Shown here piece by piece: positions 36,724-45,672 of a DNA stretch of 53,030 nt. Origin of the DNA: a virus (Duplodnaviria > Caudoviricetes); IMG/VR virus record IMGVR_UViG_3300025120_000074, positions 1 through 53,030 of that record; one strand, written 5' to 3'. The translations under genes were made by a program, and so were the position numbers. How positions within the stretch are numbered: position 1 is the first letter of the stretch; every line of letters starts with the position of its first letter. The notes beneath the pieces were generated by a model. The model was given only the letters and a program-made list of their open reading frames with translations. It was not told where the DNA came from and did not search any database.

Positions 36724-37863
36724 TTATCTATTAAAAGCAGGTGTTGTAAATACAGTATTACCATCATCATCTGCTTGAGATTCAGGAACTCTAACTCGTT
36801 GACCTTCTCTAACCATACCTATCTTATATAGATACTCTAAAAATGATAAGCTTGGTACAAATAATATAGCATCGGGTATTGTTAAATTTATATCAGGGTT
36901 TGTATTTGGGAATTTAAATTGAGAAAACGCTTGTTTCTGTTGTTCATAAAAACTATCTGTGCCATAAAGTTCATATACAAGTTTATTACCTTTTTGAACA
37001 GTACCAATATTTTTAATCTGTAAATTTCTTTTACGCATCCAAGCTTCTAGTTCGTTTTCTGCATCAGAAAAAGGTTTACCTTCTCTTCTTTTTCTTTCAA
37101 AACTTGCTAAAGTATTACCTATCATATTTGATTCATAATCAATTCTATTTTCAATTTGATTAAAAATATTTGTTTTTATTTGATTAAGTTTCTCTGGACC
37201 TATTAGTGGTCTCTTAGGATTAACAGTACCTATATTTATCATAGTAGTTATTTTATTAAATAAACTAGAATCTTCTAATTGTTTTCTAACTTTATCTCCT
37301 GCTGTTCCAACTAAAGAATCTACAAGTCCTTGTACACCACTAAAGTCTAGTTCAACTTCATTAGTAACTAATTTATTTAAAATATCTGTTATTTGATTTG
37401 TATTAAGAACATAGTCTCCAGTATTTTTAATATTAGCTGCTTCTAAAGTTCTAATAAAATCATGTAAAGTTTTCCCTGTATCTTTATGTAAATTTGTTTT
37501 TGCTAATAGTTCTGCAGCTTTAGGTTTAAAGTCTTCGTATTCGTTTAGTATTATACCAAAATATTCTTTGTTTGTTTTTAGATCAGTACTAGTACCAGTT
37601 CCAGTTCCAGTTCCAGTTCCAGTTCCAGTTCTAGTACCAGTATTGCTAATAAGACCTGCTTTTCTTAGTTCTCCAAGAGCATCTACTACATTTTTATTTG
37701 TTTGATAATCTATAGTTTGTTCTAGAGTTTTTAACTGAAGATCATAAGTTTTTTGTTTAAACTCTGAAGCTTCTTCCTGTAACTTAAAGGCTTGGTCATA
37801 TCTTTCCTGTTCCTTAAGTTCCTTAGAGTAGTCTTCTAATCCTTGCCATCTAAACCATCCCAT
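36724..37863 (-). CDS. putative internal virion protein
   Basis: Position in the ejection cluster; TG linker. Confidence 0.5.
   Translation of the reverse strand: MGWFRWQGLEDYSKELKEQERYDQAFKLQEEASEFKQKTYDLQLKTLEQTIDYQTNKNVVDALGELRKAGLISNTGTRTGTGTGTGTGTGTSTDLKTNKEYFGIILNEYEDFKPKAAELLAKTNLHKDTGKTLHDFIRTLEAANIKNTGDYVLNTNQITDILNKLVTNEVELDFSGVQGLVDSLVGTAGDKVRKQLEDSSLFNKITTMINIGTVNPKRPLIGPEKLNQIKTNIFNQIENRIDYESNMIGNTLASFERKRREGKPFSDAENELEAWMRKRNLQIKNIGTVQKGNKLVYELYGTDSFYEQQKQAFSQFKFPNTNPDINLTIPDAILFVPSLSFLEYLYKIGMVREGQRVRVPESQADDDGNTVFTTPAFNR
37595..37630. repeat. (CCAGTT)6 microsatellite encoding (TG)n
   Basis: Six exact hexamers, in frame. Confidence 0.9.
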
Positions 37864-38399
37864 TAAACTACCCTTTCCATTAAGCCTTGTTCTTTTGGTA
37901 ATGGTTCTTCTGCTACAACAGGCTCTTCTAATTGAGTAACTTCTGTTTCTTCTGTAGGTGTATCATAATTTACATTACCACTAGCAATATCTTTTTGTAC
38001 TTCTCTTATTATTTTTTGAGCCTCTGCACTAATTCTAGATTTCTTTATTATATCTTTTTCTTTTCTATTATCTATCCCCTCATCATACTCTATACCTGCA
38101 GCTTCAACAAGACCTTTTATTGCTTCATGCAATACAGGAGCTATGATTATACTTATATCAATAGAATGTAAACCTTCTGCTACAGCACTTCTAAGTAAAC
38201 CCTCATTTAAAGTTTTTATATCTACACCCTGTTGAACAAAATGTATGATATCTTCTACAGCATCTGGATCATTTAAATTTTGTAAGTGTATTTTTAAAGC
38301 TTCTTCAGGGTCTGAAGTTTGTGGGGGTCTTTCATAAGCAGCACCTTTAGGGGGAGCAGTTAAAGATTGACCTGGGATAGGACGATCAAACTGAGCCAT
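37863..38399 (-). CDS. conserved virion-associated protein
   Basis: FDRPIPGQSLT..P....YERPP. Confidence 0.65.
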   Translation of the reverse strand: MAQFDRPIPGQSLTAPPKGAAYERPPQTSDPEEALKIHLQNLNDPDAVEDIIHFVQQGVDIKTLNEGLLRSAVAEGLHSIDISIIIAPVLHEAIKGLVEAAGIEYDEGIDNRKEKDIIKKSRISAEAQKIIREVQKDIASGNVNYDTPTEETEVTQLEEPVVAEEPLPKEQGLMERVV

Positions 38400-38610
38400 C
38401 TAACATCTCCTTTAGTTTTAAATTTTTTCTTACAACATTTGTAAAAGCGTCCTGTTGAAATGTATCAAGACTAGGTTTTTCTTCTACCTTTTCTTTTTTA
38501 TTAGGTTTATTAAACAAAGAATCTTTAGGTGGTGTAGGAGTTGTTTTATTTAAGTACTCCCCACTCCTCAATTCTAACAATCTTTTTTCGTACTGTAAAG
38601 ACATTACCAT
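38386..38610 (-). CDS. hypothetical protein
   Basis: 74 aa filling the gap in the operon. Confidence 0.5.
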   Translation of the reverse strand: MVMSLQYEKRLLELRSGEYLNKTTPTPPKDSLFNKPNKKEKVEEKPSLDTFQQDAFTNVVRKNLKLKEMLDGSV

Positions 38611-38613
38611 TTT

Positions 38614-41600
38614 TTAGTCACTCCCAATATTTAAAAATCCATCATCGCCAAATATATTTAAACCTTTATTACCAAACAACATCCTTGCAAAGAAGCCAGT
38701 CTTAGCTGCACCCTCTGCAGCATCTGCTTGTTCTCTCACACCCTCTAAACTTTTATCTCCAAGGAGAAGGCGAGTAGACCTTTCAAGAGCACTCTCAGAT
38801 TGAGCAACAGCAAACTGCATAAGGTCTCTTTCTCTCTGCCATATCTGGTCAAGTACTTTATTTGACAACCCATTAACTTGTTTAGCATATTCAAAGTTAG
38901 ACTGATTAGCTGCAGCAGTATTCATTGTAGTAGAATCTTGTCTCCACTTAGCATTAGCCTGTGCTATTACTGCATACTGTTGAGCATTAAACATCTCTCT
39001 CTGGTTTTGTATCTCAGAGTTATACTTAGTCATGGCATTAGCTTCATTAGCATTAAATTGTTTCATTGCATTAGTTTGAGAAGAGTTAAACTGACTAACT
39101 TGTGAAGCCATAGATATCATAAACTGGTCACGTTGATTTTCATTTGTAGCATTAAATTGTGCCATAGCATTTTCTGCTGCTGCATCTGTAAGTATAGAGT
39201 TAGCTAGTGTCTGCTGTTTAAACATCTCCATCTGCTGACTGTTAGCTAAGTTAGTCATGTCCATCTGTAAAAAGTTTTGTGCATTCTGAACTGCAGCCTG
39301 TTGTAAGTTACTAAGGTTAGCCATATCTAAGTTAGCCAGTGATGCAGCTTCAGCCATAACTACAGCCTGACTGTTACTAAGATTAGCTAGGTCTACTGTC
39401 TGTGCCATACGTGCATTCTCTAATGCTATTTGTTGGTCAGCACTAAAGTTCATGTTAGCTATTTCACTAACCTTAGATGCATTGATAACTTTAGCTTGAA
39501 AGTCTTGGTCAAACTCTATCTGTAAAAACTTAGCACGTTGCTCACCCTTAAACAATGCCATCTGTTGTTTGTTACCTGCATCTATCTGGGCTATAGGTAG
39601 TGCAGCTTCCATAGCAGCCTGTATAACTGCCTGACCTGCCATTGATGAAGCACCTAGTCCTCTAGCAGCTAGTATTTGATTTGCTTTACGCATACTTCCT
39701 GCTGCCCATGCAGGTGTATTACCACCCTCAAACTGATCCATAAGAGTTGATAGTTCATCTTGAACAGATGCTGCTGCTATTTCACCTGTACCAAAAGCAT
39801 CGCCTACTTTAGTCTGATCTACTGCACTACCTGATACTAACTCACTACCCTTATACATAATGTTTCCATCAGCATCTTTAATAGTTTCACCCTTATCATC
39901 TTTTAAAGGTTCTCTTGTTTCCTGTAGTGTACGAGTAGGAGCATCCTGTACAGTCTGTGCTTTGTCATCATACGTAAGTTTACCTTCTGCATCTAATACA
40001 GGTGTACCATCAGGATTTAATATAGGTTGACCTAACTGTGCAGCCTGTACATCTGATACACTTGTACCTGCAGCCTGTTGACCTGTTATGGTAGCTGCAT
40101 CAGACAATGCTGTTTGCATTTTAATTTGTTGTTTATAGATTGGCATATCATTACTATCTACAATAGGTTTACCTTCACCATCTGTTGCAGGTATAGGTCT
40201 TCCTCTACCATCTAATACATTTTCCATAACAGGTTTACCATCTTTACCTATGACAGGTTGAGATGTGTACTCACTTGTAGCAGGAGCAAAAGACATTTGG
40301 TTTATATCAGTTTGAGTACCAACAGCAGTAGCAGGATTATATTCAGTTTGTATATTTCTTCCTGTAGGATTACCATCTTTATCATATTCAGGAGTTAAGT
40401 TAGTAGGTAAATTAGCTTGAGTAACTTCTTGAACTTGAGCTATTTGATTTGCATCAACAATAGGAGCGACAGGTAGTGCTTGACCTGTGTTAGCACCCAT
40501 AACTGTACCTGCAGCATTAGGGTCTACATTAGCTACAGGAGCAGCAGCTATAGCACCTGCAGGATTTACAAATGCCTGTGCTTGAGCATCACTCTGTGCC
40601 TGTGCAATTTGTTCAGCGGTAAGATTAGCAGCACCAGTTTGAATAGGTTTGTTTACATTATATCCACCTTCTTGATAACCTTGAACATACATACCTTGTG
40701 CAGCGGTGGCTACAGGAGAATAACCTTGTGGAATAGGTTGTTGTGCTTTACCATCTATAAAAGTAATATACTGTATCATACCTTGTCTATTTTGATATTG
40801 ACGCTGTTCTATTTTACCTGCAAAATCTCCTGTACCTGCAGCCTGTTGTTCAGCTACAGTCTGTGGTTGCATATAAGATTGCTGTGCAAGACCTCTCTGT
40901 GTAAAATCTGCAGCTTGATTTACAAATTGATTTTCATAAGTAGGGATTCCAACTTCTGTTGTACCTATACTATCTGTTACAGGTTCATAGGGTACAGAAG
41001 GTTCAAAAGGAGTAGTGGTAGGAGTATAAGCAGGTACATCAGTACCTGTAACTGTTGGTCCAGTATAAGCAGGTTCTTCTTCTACAACAGGTGTTTCTTC
41101 AATTATTTCAAAAGGAAGTTCTTCTTCTTCTACTACTGAAGGAGATGGAATAAGACTAGCTACATAAACTTCTCCCCTGTCTGTTAATATTTTAGCATCT
41201 TCTTGGTCTATGTCTCCATCATTATCAGCATCTTTCATTGCATCAAGTCGAGCAGAACCTTTTGCATCAGCTATACTTGGTGTTGTTAAAATAAAGTTAT
41301 TTTCTTCAGGTGGTGATCCTACAACACTTGTTCCTGAAACAGGTATAACTCCATCAAATTGAGACAACTCATCTGCAGTAAAATTACCGCTACCATCTGT
41401 ATCAAACATAGTAGCTGTTGCTCTAGGTATCATTGTGTTATCACTAAGTTTAACCCAATTTAAATTCATTAATTGAGCTTCTTTAGCAGGATCATTGGAT
41501 ACATCTATAGTGTAAACTTCTTCTCCACCTGACCAAGAAGTTACACCTAAACCACCTGTATTAAATCCTTTAATTACACCACCTTTATTTGAACCTACTA

Positions 41601-41724
41601 CACCTAATCCAATACCTCCGCTTGCACTAGAGGCTAGAATTTGTCTTATTTGTGCCATACTACTAGGTTTAAAACCAAACTTTGCTTCAACTAATCTTGC
41701 AGCTTCTGGAAATTTCATTGCCAT
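38614..41724 (-). CDS. internal virion/pilot-like protein with Q/A/N-rich coiled C-half, EF-hand loops and DxDGxP repeats
   Basis: RGLGASSMAG, ANLSN.QQA repeats, xxxGG motifs. Confidence 0.6.
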   Translation of the reverse strand: MAMKFPEAARLVEAKFGFKPSSMAQIRQILASSASGGIGLGVVGSNKGGVIKGFNTGGLGVTSWSGGEEVYTIDVSNDPAKEAQLMNLNWVKLSDNTMIPRATATMFDTDGSGNFTADELSQFDGVIPVSGTSVVGSPPEENNFILTTPSIADAKGSARLDAMKDADNDGDIDQEDAKILTDRGEVYVASLIPSPSVVEEEELPFEIIEETPVVEEEPAYTGPTVTGTDVPAYTPTTTPFEPSVPYEPVTDSIGTTEVGIPTYENQFVNQAADFTQRGLAQQSYMQPQTVAEQQAAGTGDFAGKIEQRQYQNRQGMIQYITFIDGKAQQPIPQGYSPVATAAQGMYVQGYQEGGYNVNKPIQTGAANLTAEQIAQAQSDAQAQAFVNPAGAIAAAPVANVDPNAAGTVMGANTGQALPVAPIVDANQIAQVQEVTQANLPTNLTPEYDKDGNPTGRNIQTEYNPATAVGTQTDINQMSFAPATSEYTSQPVIGKDGKPVMENVLDGRGRPIPATDGEGKPIVDSNDMPIYKQQIKMQTALSDAATITGQQAAGTSVSDVQAAQLGQPILNPDGTPVLDAEGKLTYDDKAQTVQDAPTRTLQETREPLKDDKGETIKDADGNIMYKGSELVSGSAVDQTKVGDAFGTGEIAAASVQDELSTLMDQFEGGNTPAWAAGSMRKANQILAARGLGASSMAGQAVIQAAMEAALPIAQIDAGNKQQMALFKGEQRAKFLQIEFDQDFQAKVINASKVSEIANMNFSADQQIALENARMAQTVDLANLSNSQAVVMAEAASLANLDMANLSNLQQAAVQNAQNFLQMDMTNLANSQQMEMFKQQTLANSILTDAAAENAMAQFNATNENQRDQFMISMASQVSQFNSSQTNAMKQFNANEANAMTKYNSEIQNQREMFNAQQYAVIAQANAKWRQDSTTMNTAAANQSNFEYAKQVNGLSNKVLDQIWQRERDLMQFAVAQSESALERSTRLLLGDKSLEGVREQADAAEGAAKTGFFARMLFGNKGLNIFGDDGFLNIGSD

Positions 41725-41729
41725 GTATT

Positions 41730-41960
41730 CTATTCCTTGCTCAATACTCTATCTAATTTATCTTCTACTCTGTGCAGTGCATCAACAACTAACTTCATGT
41801 CATCTCTCATCTCTTTACGAGTAGCGTAGTCTTCTCTTGTCCTGTTGAGTAGTATGTCTACACGTTTAACTTCACTCATAAGACTTCTGAATGTCCAAAA
41901 GGCAGGTGCTATTATAAGCGTTAAGACTACATTCCAAAATATTATTGGGCTTATTTCCAT
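41730..41960 (-). CDS. small membrane-anchored coiled-coil protein
   Basis: N-terminal TM; LLNRTREDYAT...LHRVEDKLD. Confidence 0.65.
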   Translation of the reverse strand: MEISPIIFWNVVLTLIIAPAFWTFRSLMSEVKRVDILLNRTREDYATRKEMRDDMKLVVDALHRVEDKLDRVLSKE

Positions 41961-41961
41961 A

Positions 41962-42390
41962 CTACTGTATCTCCTGTAAATACTTAGCTAAGAATACCAT
42001 ACCTACTAAACCACCTGCAAATACAAGGACACCAAATGCTATAGACAGTCCATTCATTATCTGATTACGTCTTTTAATTGATGCATACTTAGATTGTATG
42101 TCTCTCTCTGTAGCCTGTGCTCTCATGCGTTTAAATGTAGCTACACCCTTTGACCCTCTAGTTTCCCATATGACCTGCTCCAGTTGCTTCTCCATATCCA
42201 GTGCCTTCTCATAGGCAATGTAGTCAGAGAGTGGGTCATTTTTATTACCAGACTTCTGTGCTTCCTTTGTTCCATCAATGAAATCAAAAACCTTGTTGAG
42301 GTCTTTGCCCATAGCTGAAAGGTCTTTCCCTAAAGCAATACCCTTTTTAAGAGCAGTGAATGAGACTAGGGCTATACTAATAGGGTCTAT
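41962..42390 (-). CDS. membrane protein, probable ATA start at 42390
   Basis: AAGGAG 7 nt before ATA; in-frame (M)DPISIALVSFTALKKGIALGKDL; C-terminal TM. Confidence 0.6.
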   Translation of the reverse strand: MDPISIALVSFTALKKGIALGKDLSAMGKDLNKVFDFIDGTKEAQKSGNKNDPLSDYIAYEKALDMEKQLEQVIWETRGSKGVATFKRMRAQATERDIQSKYASIKRRNQIMNGLSIAFGVLVFAGGLVGMVFLAKYLQEIQ

Positions 42391-42402
42391 GGTCTTGCTC
42401 CT

Positions 42403-42645
42403 TTAGTTCGCTATTGCATTTTCTAAAGCTACGTCCTCTGCTTCAGATGTAGTGAGTGAGGATATTAGTTTAGTTGTAGCAAACTGCAGTGCCATCTGTG
42501 CTTGGTCTAGCTCAAACTTCATGGACTCTGTTTTATTCTGTAGGTTGCGTATCTGACGTATGCAGTATGTCTGCTCTTGGTTGAGGTCAGACTCTTTGTA
42601 CTCTTTACCGTCTATGTTTATTACTTTTGATTCTTGTTGTGTCAT
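42403..42645 (-). CDS. small coiled-coil protein of the tail-fibre region
   Basis: INIDGKEY...DL..EQ motif. Confidence 0.6.
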   Translation of the reverse strand: MTQQESKVINIDGKEYKESDLNQEQTYCIRQIRNLQNKTESMKFELDQAQMALQFATTKLISSLTTSEAEDVALENAIAN

Positions 42646-42659
42646 GTTTGTTTCCTTAT

Positions 42660-42848
42660 TTAATCAGCATCAGCTATGGTTAATGTACCTGCGTCTATCT
42701 TTGCTTGTATATCATCTGGTAAACTATCTTTGTTAGCTCGTAACCAATCTTGAAATATATTATCTATTCCAATGCAAGTTCTTTTATTATCACTGCTAAT
42801 ATATGTAATTTCATCGCTGCTTGTTTTACCTAATACTGAATAGCTCAT
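42660..42848 (-). CDS. putative fibre assembly/chaperone protein
   Basis: Follows a fibre gene; Q.WL...G..TIADAD C-terminus. Confidence 0.5.
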   Translation of the reverse strand: MSYSVLGKTSSDEITYISSDNKRTCIGIDNIFQDWLRANKDSLPDDIQAKIDAGTLTIADAD

Positions 42849-43936
42849 AGTTCTGCACTCCACGCTAAAAAGGCTGTGCCATTAAGACTTCGACATTCTA
42901 CTGCTTGACCTGTTGTTAATCCTGAGCCAACTGTAAAAACAGTTGAACCACTGTCAATCGTTGCTCTATCAAAACTTGGCACAGCACTGCAAGCTGTACT
43001 TGTAGAAGCATGAGCAATTCTATAATGTGCAGCCGTACCATTTTGTTCTACCGCAGTAGGGTCTGCTCTCATTGTTACAGGGTAGTGTGTTACCCCTACA
43101 GCTACAGTTGCACTACCATTAAAGCCTAAACAAAAGGTATCATTTAAAGCAAGTGGTCCTGTTTTATAATAATACCGTTGGCACTCTTCTAAATCCTGTG
43201 CAAAAGTTTTATGCTCAAAGGGTGTAGCTGACGAACCGACTTCCAGTTGCAACCCAGTCATAAAGAAGGTACGGTTTGTGCTGTCAAAGAAAGATGAGAT
43301 ACCTGCACGCCTAGTTGCATTATCTGACATTGCCCCCCATGCTGTAGAGTTTAAAGTGCCTCCTGTATAAGTTGAACCACTATGAAGTCCTATAATTATA
43401 TTTAAACTAACAGCATTGTCATCATCAAATGCACCAGTAGTATCAGCAGGAAAAATTAATTCTATTCTATTCCAAGACGTAGTTACAGAAAAAAGTTTTG
43501 TTATTTGTCTGGTATTATCTGAATCAAACAATTCACAAGCGTATGTAGCAGAGGCATTACCTTTCACATAAAAACTTACTGCAAATTGTTCTGCATCTGC
43601 TGTGCCTTTTTTAAATCTTTGTAGATTTTGACCTTCTATTCTATGGTCTATAGTTAATTGCTCACTTGCTGCAATAGATGTGTCTGCTGTGGTACAGTCT
43701 AACTTTAAACAATTAGCAAAACCACTTGGACCATCAGCCGTTTGTGTCATTGTAAAACGCCCTGCACTTGTAGCATTAATATTTACTAAAAATCTATCTA
43801 AGGTAAAATACCCATCTGCAGTTCCCAAGCCTGTCACTGACACACTGCGTTGTGCCACATTCATCGCCCCATTTATGACCATGTTACGGTTTGGTGTAGC
43901 AGCACCGTTGTCGGCTAGTTGTCTAGCTTTGCTCAT
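42845..43936 (-). CDS. tail fibre/receptor-binding protein with carbohydrate-binding-like domain
   Basis: RN.VINGAM.VAQR, DRF, TG.QLEVG..AT.FEH...L..CQRYY. Confidence 0.7.
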   Translation of the reverse strand: MSKARQLADNGAATPNRNMVINGAMNVAQRSVSVTGLGTADGYFTLDRFLVNINATSAGRFTMTQTADGPSGFANCLKLDCTTADTSIAASEQLTIDHRIEGQNLQRFKKGTADAEQFAVSFYVKGNASATYACELFDSDNTRQITKLFSVTTSWNRIELIFPADTTGAFDDDNAVSLNIIIGLHSGSTYTGGTLNSTAWGAMSDNATRRAGISSFFDSTNRTFFMTGLQLEVGSSATPFEHKTFAQDLEECQRYYYKTGPLALNDTFCLGFNGSATVAVGVTHYPVTMRADPTAVEQNGTAAHYRIAHASTSTACSAVPSFDRATIDSGSTVFTVGSGLTTGQAVECRSLNGTAFLAWSAEL

Positions 43937-44217
43937 GCGTCATCCCTCGCTTTACGATTTTTGTAATCATCCCTAGCTACTACTAATTTAATAAAGTCAG
44001 CTTGATTGCTAGGTATACTGTCAGTAAAACTGTCATCGTTCATTAGCTTGGTAGTCCACTCCTGTTGCATCCTTGTCCAACAGTTGTTTATTTTACCTGT
44101 GACTGCACCTGCAATCCAAGCATCTAGCCCTGCCATATCTGTATCTGTGTACAGGTCATTCGCTAAGATTTTTTGTTGGTCATCTGTAAGTGTGACCGTG
44201 TAAGTATGATTTGCCAT
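43933..44217 (-). CDS. putative fibre-associated small protein
   Basis: Follows the C1q-like fibre gene; AAGGAG RBS. Confidence 0.55.
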   Translation of the reverse strand: MANHTYTVTLTDDQQKILANDLYTDTDMAGLDAWIAGAVTGKINNCWTRMQQEWTTKLMNDDSFTDSIPSNQADFIKLVVARDDYKNRKARDDA

Positions 44218-44255
44218 TTTTAAACTCCTTTATGTTTGCTTATTTCAGCGTTGGC

Positions 44256-45338
44256 TTAACAGGCTAAGAAACCTGAAAAAAATGATTCTATCCCAATATC
44301 CGTCTGTGCTGTACCAGAGGCTTGAACAATACGCACAATAGCTGTATCACCTGCATCCATGTCAGCAAGTGTAGAAATACTCATTGTATATAGAGCATTA
44401 TCTTGTCCAAAATCAGGGTCAAAGTCAAACGTATAACCCCTGTTACTTGTATCTAAACTTAAATGATAACTAGTGCTTGCTGAATCTATATTTTCTAATC
44501 TTACATTTACGTCTAACTGATACTTGCCAGTTATAGGTGCAGTAAAAGTATTAGATGCAAAGTCAGCATTTTGGTCAAATATTTCTGTTCCAAAAACTAC
44601 CACAACAGCAGCATTGACAGCAAAATTTGTTTGGTCTGAAGCAGGTATAGCTTGAAACGCAGGTTGTAGTGGCTTGGTGACTGCACCTGTTGTGTCTATG
44701 TTCATAGCTACTTTATTTGTGGCAGTTACAAACGCAAATTTCTGGTCTGTGAGCAGTGATACTAACCCACTTGCGTGTGCAATTGAAAAAGTCCCAGTTA
44801 TCGCATCAGAAAAACTAGCACTAACCACGCCATGATTATTCCCTGATGCTGTATCAATAGCCCCACGTATTGCTAACGAACCAAAGAAGGCAGGATTATT
44901 CGATTTAATACCAATAGCATCATTCCCACCATCCACAAACAGCATGTTGGCATTGCCATTAGACTCCACTCTAAAGTCTACATCTGCGGAATCCTCGTTA
45001 AACACAGCACCACTTGCAACATTTAAAGTTCCACCTATACTAAAATCACTATTTACGTTTCCATCAAACACACTAAACACATCGTACACTACCACCTCAA
45101 CCACATCATTCGCTGACATAGCTGAGAGAGAACCAATCGTGTTGGCTGTAGTTGTTACATAGTCTGTACCTGCTACAAGCGTTACACCGTTGAGTGACAC
45201 ATCTACGAACTCACCGTCACTGAATATCAGTGTGTTGGAGTTATCGTCTGAGCCAGTTACGGATGTAGCACCTGATGCAACAGTGTAGTAATACCTAGCT
45301 CTTACGGCTTGCGTAGGTGACCTTCCTAAATATGGCAT
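44256..45338 (-). CDS. tail fibre protein with C-terminal C1q/TNF-like domain
   Basis: PAF...F..EIFD...F...FTAP.TGKY...FSGFL. Confidence 0.7.
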   Translation of the reverse strand: MPYLGRSPTQAVRARYYYTVASGATSVTGSDDNSNTLIFSDGEFVDVSLNGVTLVAGTDYVTTTANTIGSLSAMSANDVVEVVVYDVFSVFDGNVNSDFSIGGTLNVASGAVFNEDSADVDFRVESNGNANMLFVDGGNDAIGIKSNNPAFFGSLAIRGAIDTASGNNHGVVSASFSDAITGTFSIAHASGLVSLLTDQKFAFVTATNKVAMNIDTTGAVTKPLQPAFQAIPASDQTNFAVNAAVVVVFGTEIFDQNADFASNTFTAPITGKYQLDVNVRLENIDSASTSYHLSLDTSNRGYTFDFDPDFGQDNALYTMSISTLADMDAGDTAIVRIVQASGTAQTDIGIESFFSGFLAC

Positions 45339-45349
45339 TTATGTTTCTC

Positions 45350-45658
45350 CTATGCTTCCTGTGCTGCTTTGTAAGCTGTCTTAACTGCATCTGTCCAAGC
45401 TGCATTACAGATGGCTTGTACGCTTGCGTCTTCACCTGAGATGTCTGTAGCTGTGTGCGTCCACTTGTTATCAACTTCACTTTTTGCTGAATTGAATGGA
45501 GTTAAAGCATGACGATGAAAGTTTCTTGTAAGTTCTTTTTTAGAACCATCAGCTTGCTCTTCCAAAATTATAGTCGCTTGCCTGACTTGTATTCCCCAAG
45601 TATTAACGACTTCTATCTTATCGTATTCTGTTGTTTTAGTTATATCACCATTTGCCAT
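45350..45658 (-). CDS. putative fibre assembly/chaperone protein
   Basis: DKIEVV...IQVR.A...R.FHRH...VQAICNAAWT. Confidence 0.6.
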   Translation of the reverse strand: MANGDITKTTEYDKIEVVNTWGIQVRQATIILEEQADGSKKELTRNFHRHALTPFNSAKSEVDNKWTHTATDISGEDASVQAICNAAWTDAVKTAYKAAQEA

Positions 45659-45672
45659 TTTTTACTCCTTAA

